From a virus (taxonomy: Duplodnaviria > Heunggongvirae > Uroviricota > Caudoviricetes), in IMG/VR virus record IMGVR_UViG_3300028591_000080, positions 95,745 to 159,744 of that record: DNA of 64,000 nucleotides; one strand, 5' to 3'. Below the pieces are notes generated by a model. That model was not told the origin of the DNA and made no database searches. It saw only the letters and a program-made list of their open reading frames with translations. Shown here in pieces: positions 62,124 to 64,000 of the stretch; the stretch's first letter is position 1; every line of letters begins with the position of its first letter. The position numbers were made by a program, and so were the translations under genes.

Positions 62124-62372
62124 TTAAAGTTTTATAAATTCATATTTATTCTTTAAGTTTTCTGCTAAGAATTTACCTTTGCTTTCAGAGTTAATCATGT
62201 TGATAAACATTTCTTGTGGAACATTTAAATACTTATAAGATGAACCACCTTTAAAATCAACAACTAATTCTCCATTTTCATAACCAATACTATTAATATT
62301 ACTTGATTCAACATTTACTTTATACATATACTTAATCTCCTTATTTCTTTTTCTACAATTATTATACAACAT
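62124..62372 (-). CDS. KTSC domain protein
   Basis: VESSNINSIGY..L.V.F..G..Y.Y.NVP..SKGKF; probable start MYKV. Confidence 0.85.
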   Translation of the reverse strand: MLYNNCRKRNKEIKYMYKVNVESSNINSIGYENGELVVDFKGGSSYKYLNVPQEMFINMINSESKGKFLAENLKNKYEFIKL

Positions 62373-62447
62373 TTCTGAAACTTTGTAAATACTTTTTAAA
62401 TAAAAAATAAAAGGACCTATGATAGGTCCGTAGATAACTAAATTATT

Positions 62448-63734
62448 TTAGTTCTTATTATTAAATTGAGTTTCGAAATCAACTGCATTTGAAGCAAGCT
62501 TTTCTGCTTCCTCACGCATTGACTGTAAAAGTTCTCTGTCGAAAACACTTCCATGATCTTTACTGAAATCTAATACATCTTTAAAATCTTTAAATCCTAA
62601 AGTCTTACTAAGATTTTTAAATTCTTCATCTTCTTCTGGAGTGAAGTTCTCATTAAATAATGTATCATCATCTTCTTGTGTTTCACAACTTCCACATTCT
62701 TTACAAGACTCACATGATTCGTTAACAGGAAGCTCTTCACCTTCATAAACTAAATCTGCTTCAGTTAAACTATATCTGTATTCATCAATTAAGTTTGCCC
62801 AACTCATCCAGTATGGATCTTCAGCATTTTCAATGAACTCAGTCCACTCAGCTTTAGTTCGATAACCGTTCTCACACATAGGGAACATTGCTAGATCATC
62901 GTTGTAATCATTATTCTCAGCTGAGTATTGATCTCTTTCTGCTTCTACTTCCTTTGGATCTACTTTGTATGCAATGATTTTATTTCCTTTATAGTATGCA
63001 TCATCATTCATCCAATCGAACTCTAACTGCTTTACATCTAATGCAACAGGTTCTCTAGACTCAACAATCTTTTTAGACTCTTGAACAGGTGCTTTAACAC
63101 ATTCATCAACAGGGTGTTCTTCGGCAGCCTCATCACTTACTAAAGTTTCATCTTTAGCTCTTGCTGCTTTTAACTCATCACCAATAGTTTCATGTTCTAA
63201 AGTATCCCAAAGCTCAGGTTTAATAAGATGGTCCTTAGTAAAATTAATAGTGTATTCAGGAACTTCATTGTTCTCTGTATTTCCTTCTTTTACGATTTCA
63301 ACCCAGTCATTATCATTTAAATATTCATTTCTAAAATTTAAACAATCAGCTTTAGATCCTCTAAACCATTTAAATCTATCATAAAATTCTTTTGGAAAGA
63401 AATATTCTTTAAACTCTTCATCTAAATCATCGTCAGTTTCAGGAAGTCTAAAGTTTCCTTCATCATCGTAATTAGCTGGATTATCACCTGAACATGAGTC
63501 ACATCCATCAGGTAATTCCATATCAGCCTCAGTAATTTTATCCTCACTTACTAAATTCCAATCTTCATCATAACATAAAGCATAAACTTCTGCACCATCA
63601 AACTCTCTTGCTAAGTCAAATGCTTCCTTGTCTGAAGCAAATCTAGGTGTTTCACCTAAGATTGGATCGTTTATATTTCTAACTTCGTAAACAAAATTTA
63701 CCATTATTAATTCTCCTATTATGTAGTTTGACAT
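62448..63734 (-). CDS. Large acidic hypothetical protein under a TGCTAAATT promoter
   Basis: Probable start MVNF (63704) after GGAG; D/E-rich; CDSC and CESCKEC motifs. Confidence 0.75.
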   Translation of the reverse strand: MSNYIIGELIMVNFVYEVRNINDPILGETPRFASDKEAFDLAREFDGAEVYALCYDEDWNLVSEDKITEADMELPDGCDSCSGDNPANYDDEGNFRLPETDDDLDEEFKEYFFPKEFYDRFKWFRGSKADCLNFRNEYLNDNDWVEIVKEGNTENNEVPEYTINFTKDHLIKPELWDTLEHETIGDELKAARAKDETLVSDEAAEEHPVDECVKAPVQESKKIVESREPVALDVKQLEFDWMNDDAYYKGNKIIAYKVDPKEVEAERDQYSAENNDYNDDLAMFPMCENGYRTKAEWTEFIENAEDPYWMSWANLIDEYRYSLTEADLVYEGEELPVNESCESCKECGSCETQEDDDTLFNENFTPEEDEEFKNLSKTLGFKDFKDVLDFSKDHGSVFDRELLQSMREEAEKLASNAVDFETQFNNKN

Positions 63735-64000
63735 AAATCAGTTAATTTAGCAATTAAACTTTCTTTCTTTTTCTTTTTATATTATTTTTCTTTTTCTTTC
63801 TTTATATAAGAGAGTTATATAAGTTTATAGTATACTATTAAGTATTATACTATTAAGTATACTATATTTATTTTATTTTTGAGAAAGAGAATATTTAAAA
63901 AAAACCTTTTCTTTCGAAAAAAATATTTTTGTCTAATCACTCTCCCCTAAAGTCCCCGTAAAAACTGGATTAAAGCATAGACTCCGAAATCCATAGATCA

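Larger units (their letters stand above)
53169..62389 (-). promoter_or_regulatory. Nine near-identical sigma70 early promoters TTTACA-N17-TATAAT
   Basis: -10 boxes at 53169, 55581, 56579, 57273, 58681, 59391, 60039, 62077 and 62361, each with TGTAAA 17 nt away and an AT-rich UP element. Confidence 0.85.
6002..63752 (-). promoter_or_regulatory. Dispersed phage-specific promoter motif TGCTAAATT (13 sites)
   Basis: AATTTAGCA on + at 6002, 7428, 8371, 8418, 19102, 26269, 35286, 44722, 45558, 54300, 61179 and 63744 (variant at 46296), each shortly upstream of a start codon. Confidence 0.8.

Noticed and set aside
1-64000. CRISPR array, DGR/retron, intron or transposase
   Set aside because: No regularly spaced repeat-spacer array, reverse transcriptase, homing endonuclease or IS ORF recognised; nrdD is uninterrupted.

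Overview
A 64 kb segment of a large, AT-rich tailed bacteriophage genome. Almost all genes lie on the minus strand. The host is probably an anaerobic low-GC bacterium (class III RNR, GrcA, Firmicutes-type SD sites and sigma70 promoters). The supplied ORF track assumes TGA is a stop, but here TGA is read as Trp (code 4). It falls at conserved Trp positions (PhoH Walker A, NADAR, radical SAM and GT32 motifs), and reading through it restores about 20 broken or missing genes. Layout by region: (1) 1-8.3 kb, collagen-like tail fibres, structural genes and a holin module. (2) 8.5-23.8 kb, a glycan-tailoring island with about 8 glycosyltransferase/Stealth genes, 4 radical SAM enzymes, an NDP-sugar dehydrogenase, a P-loop kinase, a methyltransferase and a GT-lyase fusion. 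(3) 23.9-44.7 kb, accessory and metabolic genes: Ntn peptidase, SLOG, NADAR, a radical SAM beside four proteins sharing an N-terminal FETNSSSxH motif, PhoH, a degenerate GlmS, an orphan YafQ, Pnk-HD plus RNA ligase, and grcA-nrdG-nrdD. (4) 44.8-64 kb, many small early genes with dense TTTACA-N17-TATAAT promoters, isolated acidic genes under a phage-specific TGCTAAATT promoter, and a 1.35 kb non-coding transcription unit. That unit holds two large structured RNAs in tandem: a ROOL-like RNA and an upstream ~700 nt, possibly GOLLD-like RNA ending in a tRNA-like acceptor/T-arm with CCA. No capsid, terminase, rRNA, canonical tRNA or CRISPR array was seen. All family assignments come from motif recognition by eye, not database searches.
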